From the NCBI RefSeq assembly GCF_009914755.1, contig NC_060941.1: DNA of 64,000 nucleotides; one strand, 5' to 3'. The notes under the pieces are model-generated. The model saw only the letters and a list, made by a program, of their open reading frames with translations. It had not been told where the DNA came from and made no database searches. The position numbers and the translations under genes are program-made. The DNA is from the human T2T-CHM13v2.0 reference genome, Homo sapiens. Of the stretch, positions 33,935 through 50,110 are shown in pieces (the stretch's first letter is position 1; the number at the start of each line of letters is the position of its first letter).

Positions 33935-34122
33935 GGGCGGGGCATGCAAATTCGAAATGAAAGCCCGGGAACGCCGGAAGAAGCACGGGTGTAAGATTTC
34001 CCTTTTCAAAGGCGGAGAATAAGAAATCAGCCCGAGAGTGTAAGGGCGTCAATAGCGCTGTGGACGAGACAGAGGGAATGGGGCAAGGAGCGAGGCTGGG
34101 GCTCTCACCGCGACTTGAATGT
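33935..34122 (+). promoter_or_regulatory. U2 promoter unit 1: DSE (Sp1 GGGCGGGG + octamer ATGCAAAT 33944-33951) and PSE (TCACCGCGACTTGAATGT from 34105)
   Basis: Canonical Pol II snRNA elements at about -220 and -60. Confidence 0.92.
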
Positions 34123-34164
34123 GGATGAGAGTGGGACGGTGACGGCGGGCGCGAAGGCGAGCGC

Positions 34165-34351
34165 ATCGCTTCTCGGCCTTTTGGCTAAGATCAAGTGTAG
34201 TATCTGTTCTTATCAGTTTAATATCTGATACGTCCTCTATCCGAGGACAATATATTAAATGGATTTTTGGAGCAGGGAGATGGAATAGGAGCTTGCTCCG
34301 TCCACTCCACGCATCGACCTGGTATTGCAGTACCTCCAGGAACGGTGCACC
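34165..34351 (+). ncRNA. RNU2-1: U2 snRNA copy 1
   Basis: ATCGCTTCTCGGCCTTTTGGCTAAGATCAAGTGTAGTATC..., branch-pairing GTAGTA, Sm site ATTTTTG, loop IV TATTGCAGTACCT, ends GGTGCACC. Confidence 0.98.
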
Positions 34352-34370
34352 CCCTCCGGGGATACAACGT

Positions 34371-34386
34371 GTTTCCTAAAAGTAGA
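34371..34386 (+). terminator. snRNA 3' box unit 1
   Basis: GTTTCCTAAAAGTAGA 20 nt downstream of the U2 end. Confidence 0.9.
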
Positions 34387-34664
34387 GGGAGGTGAGAGAC
34401 GGTAGCACCTGCGGGGCGGCTTGCACGCCGAGTGCCTGTGACGCGCCGGCTTGACTTAACTGCTTCCCTGAAGTACCGTGAGGTTCCTGATGTGCGGGCG
34501 GTAGACGGTAGGCTTATGCGGCACGCTTTCGTTTCCACCGTGGCTACTGCGCTTTGGGAAGGCCACGACCTCCTCCTTTGGGGAGGTCCTTAGGATCTCA
34601 GCTTGGCAGTCGAGTGGGTGGCGACCTTTTAAAGGAATGGGACCCACCCGGAGTTCTTCTTTCT

Positions 34665-34666
<2 letters not shown>

Positions 34667-34751
<85 letters not shown>

Positions 34752-34780
34752 GTCTCTCCGTCTCTCTGTGTCTGTCTCTG

Positions 34781-34824
<44 letters not shown>

Positions 34825-34880
34825 CTCTGTCTCTCTCTCTCTTTCCCCCCCCCTCCCCGCCTCTCCCTCGCTCTCTCTTT
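34667..34880. repeat. (CT)n/(GA)n compound microsatellite unit 1 (others 40854-41047, 47025-47206, 53184-53382, 59357-59540)
   Basis: Visible directly; length differs in every unit. Confidence 0.95.
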
Positions 34881-34900
34881 TGGTTTCCCCCACCCCCTCC

Positions 34901-35385
34901 CAAGTTCTGGGGTACATGTGCAGGACGTGCAGGTTTGGAACATAGGTACACGTGTGCCACGGTGCTTTGCTGCACCTATCCACCAGTCGTCTAGGTTTGA
35001 AGCCCCGCATGCGTTGGCTATTTGTCCTAATGCTCTCTCTCCCCTTGCCCCCCACGCCCCGTCAGGGCCCGGCGTGTGATGTTCCCCTCCCTGTGTCCCA
35101 TGTGTTCTCGCTGTTCAACTCCCACTTAGGAGCGAGAACATGCGGTGTTTGGTTTTCGCTTCCTGTGTCAGTTTGCTGAGAATGAGGCCTTCCAGCTTCA
35201 TCCACGTTCCCGCAGAGGTCATGAACTCATCCTTTTTTATGGCTGCGTAGTAATTCCATGCTGTATACGTGCCACACTTTCTTTATCCAGCCTATCATTC
35301 ATGGGCATTCGAGTTGGTTCCAAGTCTTTGCTATTGTAAATAGTGCTGCAGTAAACATACGTGTCCACGTGTCTTCCTAGTAGGA
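34901..35385 (-). mobile_element. L1PA7/8-like 3' end fragment unit 1 (others 41068-41552, 47227-47711, 53403-53887, 59561-60045)
   Basis: caagttctggggtacatgtgcag...tgtgatgttcccctccctgtgtcc...ttggttccaagtctttgctattgt is an antisense L1 3' UTR. Confidence 0.85.
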
Positions 35386-35815
35386 ACTTCTTCCTCTTCA
35401 GCCCGCTGAGTAGCTGGCACTTTAAGGCAGGTGCCAACGCACCGGCAGCAAGCTTCCTTTTTTGCCCGGGAAAAACTGAGGTGCAGGTAGTATAAGCCAT
35501 TGATCACGGAACGCACAGGAGCAGAGCTCGAGTCCGAGCATCGTGGCTCCACCCGTCATGCTGGATGCATCTTTAGGCTCCGCTCTAGGTATGTGTATCC
35601 TTTACGGGATCAGCCACCGGCAGTTGCCTTGCGAGCACGATGACAAACCTCTGCCGGCTCTTTTGGGTCTCATCCCTGTATCTATACGTTGCATCCCAAC
35701 ATAAAGACCGGAATGTTCCTTTCGCTGACCCAGTCTCTCACCCTTTCCAAACTCCAGAAATCTTGTCTGTCCTCGGAAGAACTCCCCCTGCTTCTTTCTC
35801 TAAAGGCTGTCTTCA

Positions 35816-37532
<1,717 letters not shown>

Positions 37533-37780
37533 TCACACTTACAGCACAGCTCCATTAGAACTGACCACATTTCCAGGGCTCCCTGGATACCTGTGGCTAG
37601 CGGCTGCCATACTACACCGTGCTGGGCTGTAGAATGGGGATGACAAGACAGGGCGGCGGAGATTGTGTTGGCGTGAAGCGAGGGAAACACTCGGCCGCAG
37701 GACAAAACTAAAACAGCAAGGGGGCACCGAAAGACTCAGTAGTCCACGTGAATATCCTGATTATGTTGTAGCTGAGATAA

Positions 37781-38812
37781 TGTAGGGTCCACCCCTACCG
37801 GGTCTGTGGGTTTTCTCTTCGCGTGTGTGCGGAGACGAGAGATCGAAGAGATAAAGACAGAAGACAAAGAGATAGGAAGAAAGACAGCTGGGCCCGGGGG
37901 ACCACTGCCACCAAAGCGCGGAGACAGACAGGTAGTGGCCCCGAGTGCCTGGAGGCGCTGCTATTTATTGTAGTCAAGGCAAGGGGGCAGGGTAAGGAGT
38001 GCCAGTCATCTCCAATGATCGATAGGTCACGCGAGTCACGTGTCCACTGGACAGGGGGCCTTTCCCTTTGTGGTAGCCGAGGTGGAGAGGGAGGACAGCA
38101 AACGTCAGCGTTTCTTCTATGCACTTATCAGAAAGATCGAAGACTGTGGTACTCCTACTAGTTCTGCTACTGCTGTCTTCTAAGAACTTAAAAGGAGGAG
38201 CCAGGTGCACAGGCTGAACATGAAAGTGAACAAGGAGCGTGACCACTGAAGCACAGCATCACAGGGAGACAGACGTTGGAGCCTCCGGATGACTGCGGGC
38301 CGGCCTGGCTAATGTCAGACCTCCCACAAGAGGTGGTGGAGCGGAGCGTTCTCTGTCTCCCCTGGAGAGAGGGAGATTCCCTTTCCGGGTCTGCTAAGTA
38401 ACGGGTGCCTTCCCAGGCACTGGGGCCACCGCTAGACCAAGGCCTGCTAAGTAACCAGGGCCTTCCCAGGCACTGGCATTACCGCTAGGCCAAGGAGCCC
38501 TCCAGCGGCCCTTCTCTGGGCGTGAATGAGGGCTCACACTCTCGTCTTCTGGTCACCTCTCACTGTGGCCCTTCAGCTCCTAACTCTGTGTGGCCTGGTT
38601 TCCCCCAAGGTAATCATAATAGAACAGAGATCATTATGGTAATAGAACAAAGAGTGATGCTACAAACTAATGATTAATAATGGTCAGATATAATCCTATC
38701 CGTTTCCTATCTCTAGTAAAACTTTTCTTATTCTAATTATTTTCTTTGCTGTACTGGAACAGCTTGTGCCTTCAGGCTCTTGCCTGGGCACCTGGGTGGC
38801 TTGCGGCCCACA
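37781..38812 (-). mobile_element. Solo LTR13
   Basis: 1032 bp, TG/CA ends, TSD AGATAA at 37775-37780 and 38813-38818. Confidence 0.88.
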
Positions 38813-40121
38813 AGATAAGATATATTGCGTTGAACTATAATTTATGTTGATTGCTGAATGATTTAGGGCGGGGGGGTGGGCACCCCCTGAAATTCTGCCC
38901 TGGAGGAGTGGCCTCACCCTAACCCTGGCCGTGGCTAATAATAAGGCCCACCTCTTAGGGCCGTGGAGTGAAATAAGTTTTCCAGGTAATGCGCAGTAGA
39001 GCCCTCAGCCCTCCGCTGAAGTTGCGTTAGGAAGGAGGAAGGGAGAGGTAAATGCTGAGCCCGCAGGCGGCAGTCTGTGCCTCGGAGAGAAACTTTATCC
39101 CAACCTTGCTGGGGGCCTTGACGCCCACCTTGCCCCAAGAGCACCCCGGCAGTCACCCCTGCCCTCTGGGGTCCTGCCACCCCGAGCCCGACCTTCCCCC
39201 TTTTCCCCCGCGCCGGGCCAATAGCCTCCTAACTGCGTCGTGCTCATCACCTTTGCGTCGTTTCTTCGCTCCACAAACGTTTACTGAGCGCCTTCCACAC
39301 GCCAGGCGCCAGACTCGCGCGGGGAAACAGGGATAAGCACTGAGGAGGGGTCCCAGCCCTCAGCGATGGGATTTCAGAGCGGGAGATAAAGGGTTGCCCA
39401 GAAGGGTGGTGAGTGGAATAGCTGATATAAACAACGGGGGCGCGATGAAATACACAGGAGGGCTGCTAGTCACATATGGGGCGGGTGCCGAGGGCCCTTG
39501 ACTAAGGGAGGCTTCCTGCACGGGTGACACCCAAGCGGAGTCCTGACGACCTGCGTCAGAAGTAGCCAGGCGAGGAGGAGGGGAAAGGAATCCACGTCCC
39601 GAGCAGAGAGGCAGCGTTCCCTACACAGCCCAGGACACGGTCCGCGCACAGAAGCCGCAGGAGACGCAGGCACAGGGGCTGGGGAGAATCCTTGCTGGGC
39701 CCTCGCCGCCTCCCTCTGCCGGGTGTCTGGTGCCAGCCTCCTGCCTGGCAGAGGAACTCCAGCCCCTGCTCCCGGAAGCCCCTCCAGGCCTTCGGCTTCC
39801 CTGACTGGGCATGGGCCCCTCGTCCCCTCGTCCCCTCGGGTACGGGGCCGGTCTCCCCGCCCGCGGGCGGCGAAGTAAAGGCCCAGCGCAGCCCGCGCTC
39901 CTGCCCTGGGGCCTCGTCTTTCTCCAGGAAAACGTGGACCGCTCTCCGCCGACAGGTCTCTTCCACAGACCCCTGTCGCCTTCGCCCCCGGTCTCTTCCG
40001 GTTCTGTCTTTTCGCTGGCTCGATACGAACAAGGAAGTCGCCCCCAGCGGAGCCCCGGCTCCCCCAGGCAGAGGCGGCCCCGGGGGCGGAGTCAACGGCG
40101 GAGGCCACGCCCTCTGTGAAA

Positions 40122-40309
40122 GGGCGGGGCATGCAAATTCGAAATGAAAGCCCGGGAACGCCGGAAGAAGCACGGGTGTAAGATTTCCCTTTTCAAAGGC
40201 GGAGAATAAGAAATCAGCCCGAGAGTGTAAGGGCGTCAATAGCGCTGTGGACGAGACAGAGGGAATGGGGCAAGGAGCGAGGCTGGGGCTCTCACCGCGA
40301 CTTGAATGT
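40122..40309 (+). promoter_or_regulatory. U2 promoter unit 2 (DSE+PSE)
   Basis: Same elements as unit 1; octamer at 40131-40138. Confidence 0.92.
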
Positions 40310-40351
40310 GGATGAGAGTGGGACGGTGACGGCGGGCGCGAAGGCGAGCGC

Positions 40352-40538
40352 ATCGCTTCTCGGCCTTTTGGCTAAGATCAAGTGTAGTATCTGTTCTTAT
40401 CAGTTTAATATCTGATACGTCCTCTATCCGAGGACAATATATTAAATGGATTTTTGGAGCAGGGAGATGGAATAGGAGCTTGCTCCGTCCACTCCACGCA
40501 TCGACCTGGTATTGCAGTACCTCCAGGAACGGTGCACC
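40352..40538 (+). ncRNA. RNU2-1: U2 snRNA copy 2
   Basis: Identical to copy 1; 3' box at 40558-40573. Confidence 0.98.
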
Positions 40539-40851
40539 CCCTCCGGGGATACAACGTGTTTCCTAAAAGTAGAGGGAGGTGAGAGACGGTAGCACCTGCG
40601 GGGCGGCTTGCACGCCGAGTGCCTGTGACGCGCCGGCTTGACTTAACTGCTTCCCTGAAGTACCGTGAGGTTCCTGATGTGCGGGCGGTAGACGGTAGGC
40701 TTATGCGGCACGCTTTCGTTTCCACCGTGGCTACTGCGCTTTGGGAAGGCCACGACCTCCTCCTTTGGGGAGGTCCTTAGGATCTCAGCTTGGCAGTCGA
40801 GTGGGTGGCGACCTTTTAAAGGAATGGGACCCACCCGGAGTTCTTCTTTCT

Positions 40852-40920
<69 letters not shown>

Positions 40921-40949
40921 GTCTCTCCGTCTCTCTGTGTCTGTCTCTG

Positions 40950-40991
<42 letters not shown>

Positions 40992-43013
40992 CTCTGTCTC
41001 TCTCTCTCTTTCCCCCCCCCTCCCCGCCTCTCCCTCGCTCTCTCTTTTGGTTTCCCCCACCCCCTCCCAAGTTCTGGGGTACATGTGCAGGACGTGCAGG
41101 TTTGGAACATAGGTACACGTGTGCCACGGTGCTTTGCTGCACCTATCCACCAGTCGTCTAGGTTTGAAGCCCCGCATGCGTTGGCTATTTGTCCTAATGC
41201 TCTCTCTCCCCTTGCCCCCCACGCCCCGTCAGGGCCCGGCGTGTGATGTTCCCCTCCCTGTGTCCCATGTGTTCTCGCTGTTCAACTCCCACTTAGGAGC
41301 GAGAACATGCGGTGTTTGGTTTTCGCTTCCTGTGTCAGTTTGCTGAGAATGAGGCCTTCCAGCTTCATCCACGTTCCCGCAGAGGTCATGAACTCATCCT
41401 TTTTTATGGCTGCGTAGTAATTCCATGCTGTATACGTGCCACACTTTCTTTATCCAGCCTATCATTCATGGGTATTCGAGTTGGTTCCAAGTCTTTGCTA
41501 TTGTAAATAGTGCTGCAGTAAACATACGTGTCCACGTGTCTTCCTAGTAGGAACTTCTTCCTCTTCAGCCCGCTGAGTAGCTGGCACTTTAAGGCAGGTG
41601 CCAACGCACCGGCAGCAAGCTTCCTTTTTTGCCCGGGAAAAACTGAGGTGCAGGTAGTATAAGCCATTGATCACGGAACGCACAGGAGCAGAGCTCGAGT
41701 CCGAGCATCGTGGCTCCACCCGTCATGCTGGATGCATCTTTAGGCTCCGCTCTAGGTATGTGTATCCTTTACGGGATCAGCCACCGGCAGTTGCCTTGCG
41801 AGCACGATGACAAACCTCTGCCGGCTCTTTTGGGTCTCATCCCTGTATCTATACGTTGCATCCCAACATAAAGACCGGAATGTTCCTTTCGCTGACCCAG
41901 TCTCTCACCCTTTCCAAACTCCAGAAATCTTGTCTGTCCTCGGAAGAACTCCCCCTGCTTCTTTCTCTAAAGGCTGTCTTCAGGCCGGGCACAGTGGGAG
42001 GATCGCTTGAGCCCAGAAGGCCGCAGTGAGGTGAGATCGCGCCATTGCACTGCAGCCCCCGGCGGCAGAGCCGGAGCCCCGTCTCGAAACAAACAAACAA
42101 AAACCAACCAACCAACCAACAAACAAACACAGACAAAGAAAGAAAGAGCCCAGGCAACCTAGTGAAAACCTGTTCGGGCTGGGGCGTACCTGTACCCCAG
42201 CTGTTCCGGAGGCTGAGGCCAGGAGGATGGGTGGACGCTGGGAGGTGGATGCTGCAGTGAGCAGTGATTGCACCACTGCACTCCAGCCTGGGTGACAGAG
42301 CCAGACCCCGTCCCAAATAAATAAACATAAAAATAAAGGAACCAGTTTGTAGAAAGCGGGAGAGGGTCCCATTGAACTTCAAGCCTTCGAGCAACAGCTG
42401 TGGCTGGACAGGTTGGACCAGCAGGCTGGAGCAGTCGCCATCTTGGCAGGGATCATTGACCCTGATCTATCGTCGGGAGGAGGAAGAGCTGATCTTACGC
42501 AGGGAGGGCAGGTGGACTATGTGTGGACTCTGGTGACCTGTTTGGGTGCCAGGTGTTACTCCCAGGGCCACCCGTAACTGTGAATGTGCAGGAACCCTGA
42601 CTTGAGAAGGGCCTGGCCACGGGGGGCTTAGGCCCCTGGGGAATGAGAGTTTGGTTCCCGGTACCCAGGGAAACCACCAGCATCGGCAGAGGTGATAGCT
42701 GAGGAGGAGCGGGGATTTGGACGAGAGACACAGGATGAGTACCGGGGGGCAGCCCCGTGATCAACAACTGCTGCAAGAGGGGCCGTTTGTTCGACTCGCT
42801 AGTCTTCTGCGGCTCTATGCGGTACTAAAGAGCAGAAGACAGAACATACAAAAACCACAAAAAGTAGCCGGGCGTGGTGCTGCCCGTCAATAATCCCAGC
42901 TACTCGGGAGGCTGAGACAGGAGAATCGCTTGAACCCGGGAGGCGGAAGTTTCAGCGAGCCGAGATCACGCCGTTGCAGTCCAACCTGAGCGTCCGAGCG
43001 AGACTCTATCTCA

Positions 43014-43725
<712 letters not shown>

Positions 43726-43951
43726 TTAGAACTGACCACATTTCCAGGGCTCCCTGGATACCTGTGGCTAGCGGCTGCCATACTACACCGTGCTGGGCTG
43801 TAGAATGGGGATGACAAGACAGGGCGGCGGAGATTGTGTTGGCGTGAAGCGAGGGAAACACTCGGCCGCAGGACAAAACTAAAACAGCAAGGGGGCACCG
43901 AAAGACTCAGTAGTCCACGTGAATATCCTGATTATGTTGTAGCTGAGATAA

Positions 43952-44983
43952 TGTAGGGTCCACCCCTACCGGGTCTGTGGGTTTTCTCTTCGCGTGTGTG
44001 CGGAGACGAGAGATCGAAGAGATAAAGACAGAAGACAAAGAGATAGGAAGAAAGACAGCTGGGCCCGGGGGACCACTGCCACCAAAGCGCGGAGACAGAC
44101 AGGTAGTGGCCCCGAGTGCCTGGAGGCGCTGCTATTTATTGTAGTCAAGGCAAGGGGGCAGGGTAAGGAGTGCCAGTCATCTCCAATGATCGATAGGTCA
44201 CGCGAGTCACGTGTCCACTGGACAGGGGGCCTTTCCCTTTGTGGTAGCCGAGGTGGAGAGGGAGGACAGCAAACGTCAGCGTTTCTTCTATGCACTTATC
44301 AGAAAGATCGAAGACTGTGGTACTCCTACTAGTTCTGCTACTGCTGTCTTCTAAGAACTTAAAAGGAGGAGCCAGGTGCACAGGCTGAACATGAAAGTGA
44401 ACAAGGAGCGTGACCACTGAAGCACAGCATCACAGGGAGACAGACGTTGGAGCCTCCGGATGACTGCGGGCCGGCCTGGCTAATGTCAGACCTCCCACAA
44501 GAGGTGGTGGAGCGGAGCGTTCTCTGTCTCCCCTGGAGAGAGGGAGATTCCCTTTCCGGGTCTGCTAAGTAACGGGTGCCTTCCCAGGCACTGGGGCCAC
44601 CGCTAGACCAAGGCCTGCTAAGTAACCAGGGCCTTCCCAGGCACTGGCATTACCGCTAGGCCAAGGAGCCCTCCAGCGGCCCTTCTCTGGGCGTGAATGA
44701 GGGCTCACACTCTCGTCTTCTGGTCACCTCTCACTGTGGCCCTTCAGCTCCTAACTCTGTGTGGCCTGGTTTCCCCCAAGGTAATCATAATAGAACAGAG
44801 ATCATTATGGTAATAGAACAAAGAGTGATGCTACAAACTAATGATTAATAATGGTCAGATATAATCCTATCCGTTTCCTATCTCTAGTAAAACTTTTCTT
44901 ATTCTAATTATTTTCTTTGCTGTACTGGAACAGCTTGTGCCTTCAGGCTCTTGCCTGGGCACCTGGGTGGCTTGCGGCCCACA
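43952..44983 (-). mobile_element. Solo LTR13
   Basis: As 37781-38812, with AGATAA TSD. Confidence 0.88.
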
Positions 44984-46292
44984 AGATAAGATATATTGCG
45001 TTGAACTATAATTTATGTTGATTGCTGAATGATTTAGGGCGGGGGGGTGGGCACCCCCTGAAATTCTGCCCTGGAGGAGTGGCCTCACCCTAACCCTGGC
45101 CGTGGCTAATAATAAGGCCCACCTCTTAGGGCCGTGGAGTGAAATAAGTTTTCCAGGTAATGCGCAGTAGAGCCCTCAGCCCTCCGCTGAAGTTGCGTTA
45201 GGAAGGAGGAAGGGAGAGGTAAATGCTGAGCCCGCAGGCGGCAGTCTGTGCCTCGGAGAGAAACTTTATCCCAACCTTGCTGGGGGCCTTGACGCCCACC
45301 TTGCCCCAAGAGCACCCCGGCAGTCACCCCTGCCCTCTGGGGTCCTGCCACCCCGAGCCCGACCTTCCCCCTTTTCCCCCGCGCCGGGCCAATAGCCTCC
45401 TAACTGCGTCGTGCTCATCACCTTTGCGTCGTTTCTTCGCTCCACAAACGTTTACTGAGCGCCTTCCACACGCCAGGCGCCAGACTCGCGCGGGGAAACA
45501 GGGATAAGCACTGAGGAGGGGTCCCAGCCCTCAGCGATGGGATTTCAGAGCGGGAGATAAAGGGTTGCCCAGAAGGGTGGTGAGTGGAATAGCTGATATA
45601 AACAACGGGGGCGCGATGAAATACACAGGAGGGCTGCTAGTCACATATGGGGCGGGTGCCGAGGGCCCTTGACTAAGGGAGGCTTCCTGCACGGGTGACA
45701 CCCAAGCGGAGTCCTGACGACCTGCGTCAGAAGTAGCCAGGCGAGGAGGAGGGGAAAGGAATCCACGTCCCGAGCAGAGAGGCAGCGTTCCCTACACAGC
45801 CCAGGACACGGTCCGCGCACAGAAGCCGCAGGAGACGCAGGCACAGGGGCTGGGGAGAATCCTTGCTGGGCCCTCGCCGCCTCCCTCTGCCGGGTGTCTG
45901 GTGCCAGCCTCCTGCCTGGCAGAGGAACTCCAGCCCCTGCTCCCGGAAGCCCCTCCAGGCCTTCGGCTTCCCTGACTGGGCATGGGCCCCTCGTCCCCTC
46001 GTCCCCTCGGGTACGGGGCCGGTCTCCCCGCCCGCGGGCGGCGAAGTAAAGGCCCAGCGCAGCCCGCGCTCCTGCCCTGGGGCCTCGTCTTTCTCCAGGA
46101 AAACGTGGACCGCTCTCCGCCGACAGGTCTCTTCCACAGACCCCTGTCGCCTTCGCCCCCGGTCTCTTCCGGTTCTGTCTTTTCGCTGGCTCGATACGAA
46201 CAAGGAAGTCGCCCCCAGCGGAGCCCCGGCTCCCCCAGGCAGAGGCGGCCCCGGGGGCGGAGTCAACGGCGGAGGCCACGCCCTCTGTGAAA

Positions 46293-46480
46293 GGGCGGGG
46301 CATGCAAATTCGAAATGAAAGCCCGGGAACGCCGGAAGAAGCACGGGTGTAAGATTTCCCTTTTCAAAGGCGGAGAATAAGAAATCAGCCCGAGAGTGTA
46401 AGGGCGTCAATAGCGCTGTGGACGAGACAGAGGGAATGGGGCAAGGAGCGAGGCTGGGGCTCTCACCGCGACTTGAATGT
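46293..46480 (+). promoter_or_regulatory. U2 promoter unit 3 (DSE+PSE)
   Basis: Same elements as unit 1. Confidence 0.92.
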
Positions 46481-46522
46481 GGATGAGAGTGGGACGGTGA
46501 CGGCGGGCGCGAAGGCGAGCGC

Positions 46523-46709
46523 ATCGCTTCTCGGCCTTTTGGCTAAGATCAAGTGTAGTATCTGTTCTTATCAGTTTAATATCTGATACGTCCTCTATCC
46601 GAGGACAATATATTAAATGGATTTTTGGAGCAGGGAGATGGAATAGGAGCTTGCTCCGTCCACTCCACGCATCGACCTGGTATTGCAGTACCTCCAGGAA
46701 CGGTGCACC
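46523..46709 (+). ncRNA. RNU2-1: U2 snRNA copy 3
   Basis: Identical to copy 1; 3' box at 46729-46744. Confidence 0.98.
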
Positions 46710-47022
46710 CCCTCCGGGGATACAACGTGTTTCCTAAAAGTAGAGGGAGGTGAGAGACGGTAGCACCTGCGGGGCGGCTTGCACGCCGAGTGCCTGTGAC
46801 GCGCCGGCTTGACTTAACTGCTTCCCTGAAGTACCGTGAGGTTCCTGATGTGCGGGCGGTAGACGGTAGGCTTATGCGGCACGCTTTCGTTTCCACCGTG
46901 GCTACTGCGCTTTGGGAAGGCCACGACCTCCTCCTTTGGGGAGGTCCTTAGGATCTCAGCTTGGCAGTCGAGTGGGTGGCGACCTTTTAAAGGAATGGGA
47001 CCCACCCGGAGTTCTTCTTTCT

Positions 47023-47081
<59 letters not shown>

Positions 47082-47110
47082 GTCTCTCCGTCTCTCTGTG
47101 TCTGTCTCTG

Positions 47111-47150
<40 letters not shown>

Positions 47151-49172
47151 CTCTGTCTCTCTCTCTCTTTCCCCCCCCCTCCCCGCCTCTCCCTCGCTCT
47201 CTCTTTTGGTTTCCCCCACCCCCTCCCAAGTTCTGGGGTACATGTGCAGGACGTGCAGGTTTGGAACATAGGTACACGTGTGCCACGGTGCTTTGCTGCA
47301 CCTATCCACCAGTCGTCTAGGTTTGAAGCCCCGCATGCGTTGGCTATTTGTCCTAATGCTCTCTCTCCCCTTGCCCCCCACGCCCCGTCAGGGCCCGGCG
47401 TGTGATGTTCCCCTCCCTGTGTCCCATGTGTTCTCGCTGTTCAACTCCCACTTAGGAGCGAGAACATGCGGTGTTTGGTTTTCGCTTCCTGTGTCAGTTT
47501 GCTGAGAATGAGGCCTTCCAGCTTCATCCACGTTCCCGCAGAGGTCATGAACTCATCCTTTTTTATGGCTGCGTAGTAATTCCATGCTGTATACGTGCCA
47601 CACTTTCTTTATCCAGCCTATCATTCATGGGCATTCGAGTTGGTTCCAAGTCTTTGCTATTGTAAATAGTGCTGCAGTAAACATACGTGTCCACGTGTCT
47701 TCCTAGTAGGAACTTCTTCCTCTTCAGCCCGCTGAGTAGCTGGCACTTTAAGGCAGGTGCCAACGCACCGGCAGCAAGCTTCCTTTTTTGCCCGGGAAAA
47801 ACTGAGGTGCAGGTAGTATAAGCCATTGATCACGGAACGCACAGGAGCAGAGCTCGAGTCCGAGCATCGTGGCTCCACCCGTCATGCTGGATGCATCTTT
47901 AGGCTCCGCTCTAGGTATGTGTATCCTTTACGGGATCAGCCACCGGCAGTTGCCTTGCGAGCACGATGACAAACCTCTGCCGGCTCTTTTGGGTCTCATC
48001 CCTGTATCTATACGTTGCATCCCAACATAAAGACCGGAATGTTCCTTTCGCTGACCCAGTCTCTCACCCTTTCCAAACTCCAGAAATCTTGTCTGTCCTC
48101 GGAAGAACTCCCCCTGCTTCTTTCTCTAAAGGCTGTCTTCAGGCCGGGCACAGTGGGAGGATCGCTTGAGCCCAGAAGGCCGCAGTGAGGTGAGATCGCG
48201 CCATTGCACTGCAGCCCCCGGCGGCAGAGCCGGAGCCCCGTCTCGAAACAAACAAACAAAAACCAACCAACCAACCAACAAACAAACACAGACAAAGAAA
48301 GAAAGAGCCCAGGCAACCTAGTGAAAACCTGTTCGGGCTGGGGCGTACCTGTACCCCAGCTGTTCCGGAGGCTGAGGCCAGGAGGATGGGTGGACGCTGG
48401 GAGGTGGATGCTGCAGTGAGCAGTGATTGCACCACTGCACTCCAGCCTGGGTGACAGAGCCAGACCCCGTCCCAAATAAATAAACATAAAAATAAAGGAA
48501 CCAGTTTGTAGAAAGCGGGAGAGGGTCCCATTGAACTTCAAGCCTTCGAGCAACAGCTGTGGCTGGACAGGTTGGACCAGCAGGCTGGAGCAGTCGCCAT
48601 CTTGGCAGGGATCATTGACCCTGATCTATCGTCGGGAGGAGGAAGAGCTGATCTTACGCAGGGAGGGCAGGTGGACTATGTGTGGACTCTGGTGACCTGT
48701 TTGGGTGCCAGGTGTTACTCCCAGGGCCACCCGTAACTGTGAATGTGCAGGAACCCTGACTTGAGAAGGGCCTGGCCACGGGGGGCTTAGGCCCCTGGGG
48801 AATGAGAGTTTGGTTCCCGGTACCCAGGGAAACCACCAGCATCGGCAGAGGTGATAGCTGAGGAGGAGCGGGGATTTGGACGAGAGACACAGGATGAGTA
48901 CCGGGGGGCAGCCCCGTGATCAACAACTGCTGCAAGAGGGGCCGTTTGTTCGACTCGCTAGTCTTCTGCGGCTCTATGCGGTACTAAAGAGCAGAAGACA
49001 GAACATACAAAAACCACAAAAAGTAGCCGGGCGTGGTGCTGCCCGTCAATAATCCCAGCTACTCGGGAGGCTGAGACAGGAGAATCGCTTGAACCCGGGA
49101 GGCGGAAGTTTCAGCGAGCCGAGATCACGCCGTTGCAGTCCAACCTGAGCGTCCGAGCGAGACTCTATCTCA

Positions 49173-49843
<671 letters not shown>

Positions 49844-50110
49844 TCAAAATCCCATGTGTATTTCACACTTACAGCACAGCTCCATTAGAACTGACCACAT
49901 TTCCAGGGCTCCCTGGATACCTGTGGCTAGCGGCTGCCATACTACACCGTGCTGGGCTGTAGAATGGGGATGACAAGACAGGGCGGCGGAGATTGTGTTG
50001 GCGTGAAGCGAGGGAAACACTCGGCCGCAGGACAAAACTAAAACAGCAAGGGGGCACCGAAAGACTCAGTAGTCCACGTGAATATCCTGATTATGTTGTA
50101 GCTGAGATAA

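Noticed and set aside
33283-34166. 220-aa and 265-aa ORFs repeated in every unit
   Set aside because: GC-rich U2 promoter read antisense with no domain. Identity across units reflects concerted evolution, and the orphan copy has a frameshifting 8-bp difference.
34456-35079. RE/SL dipeptide-repeat ORFs
   Set aside because: Translation of the CT microsatellite; the frame changes between units.
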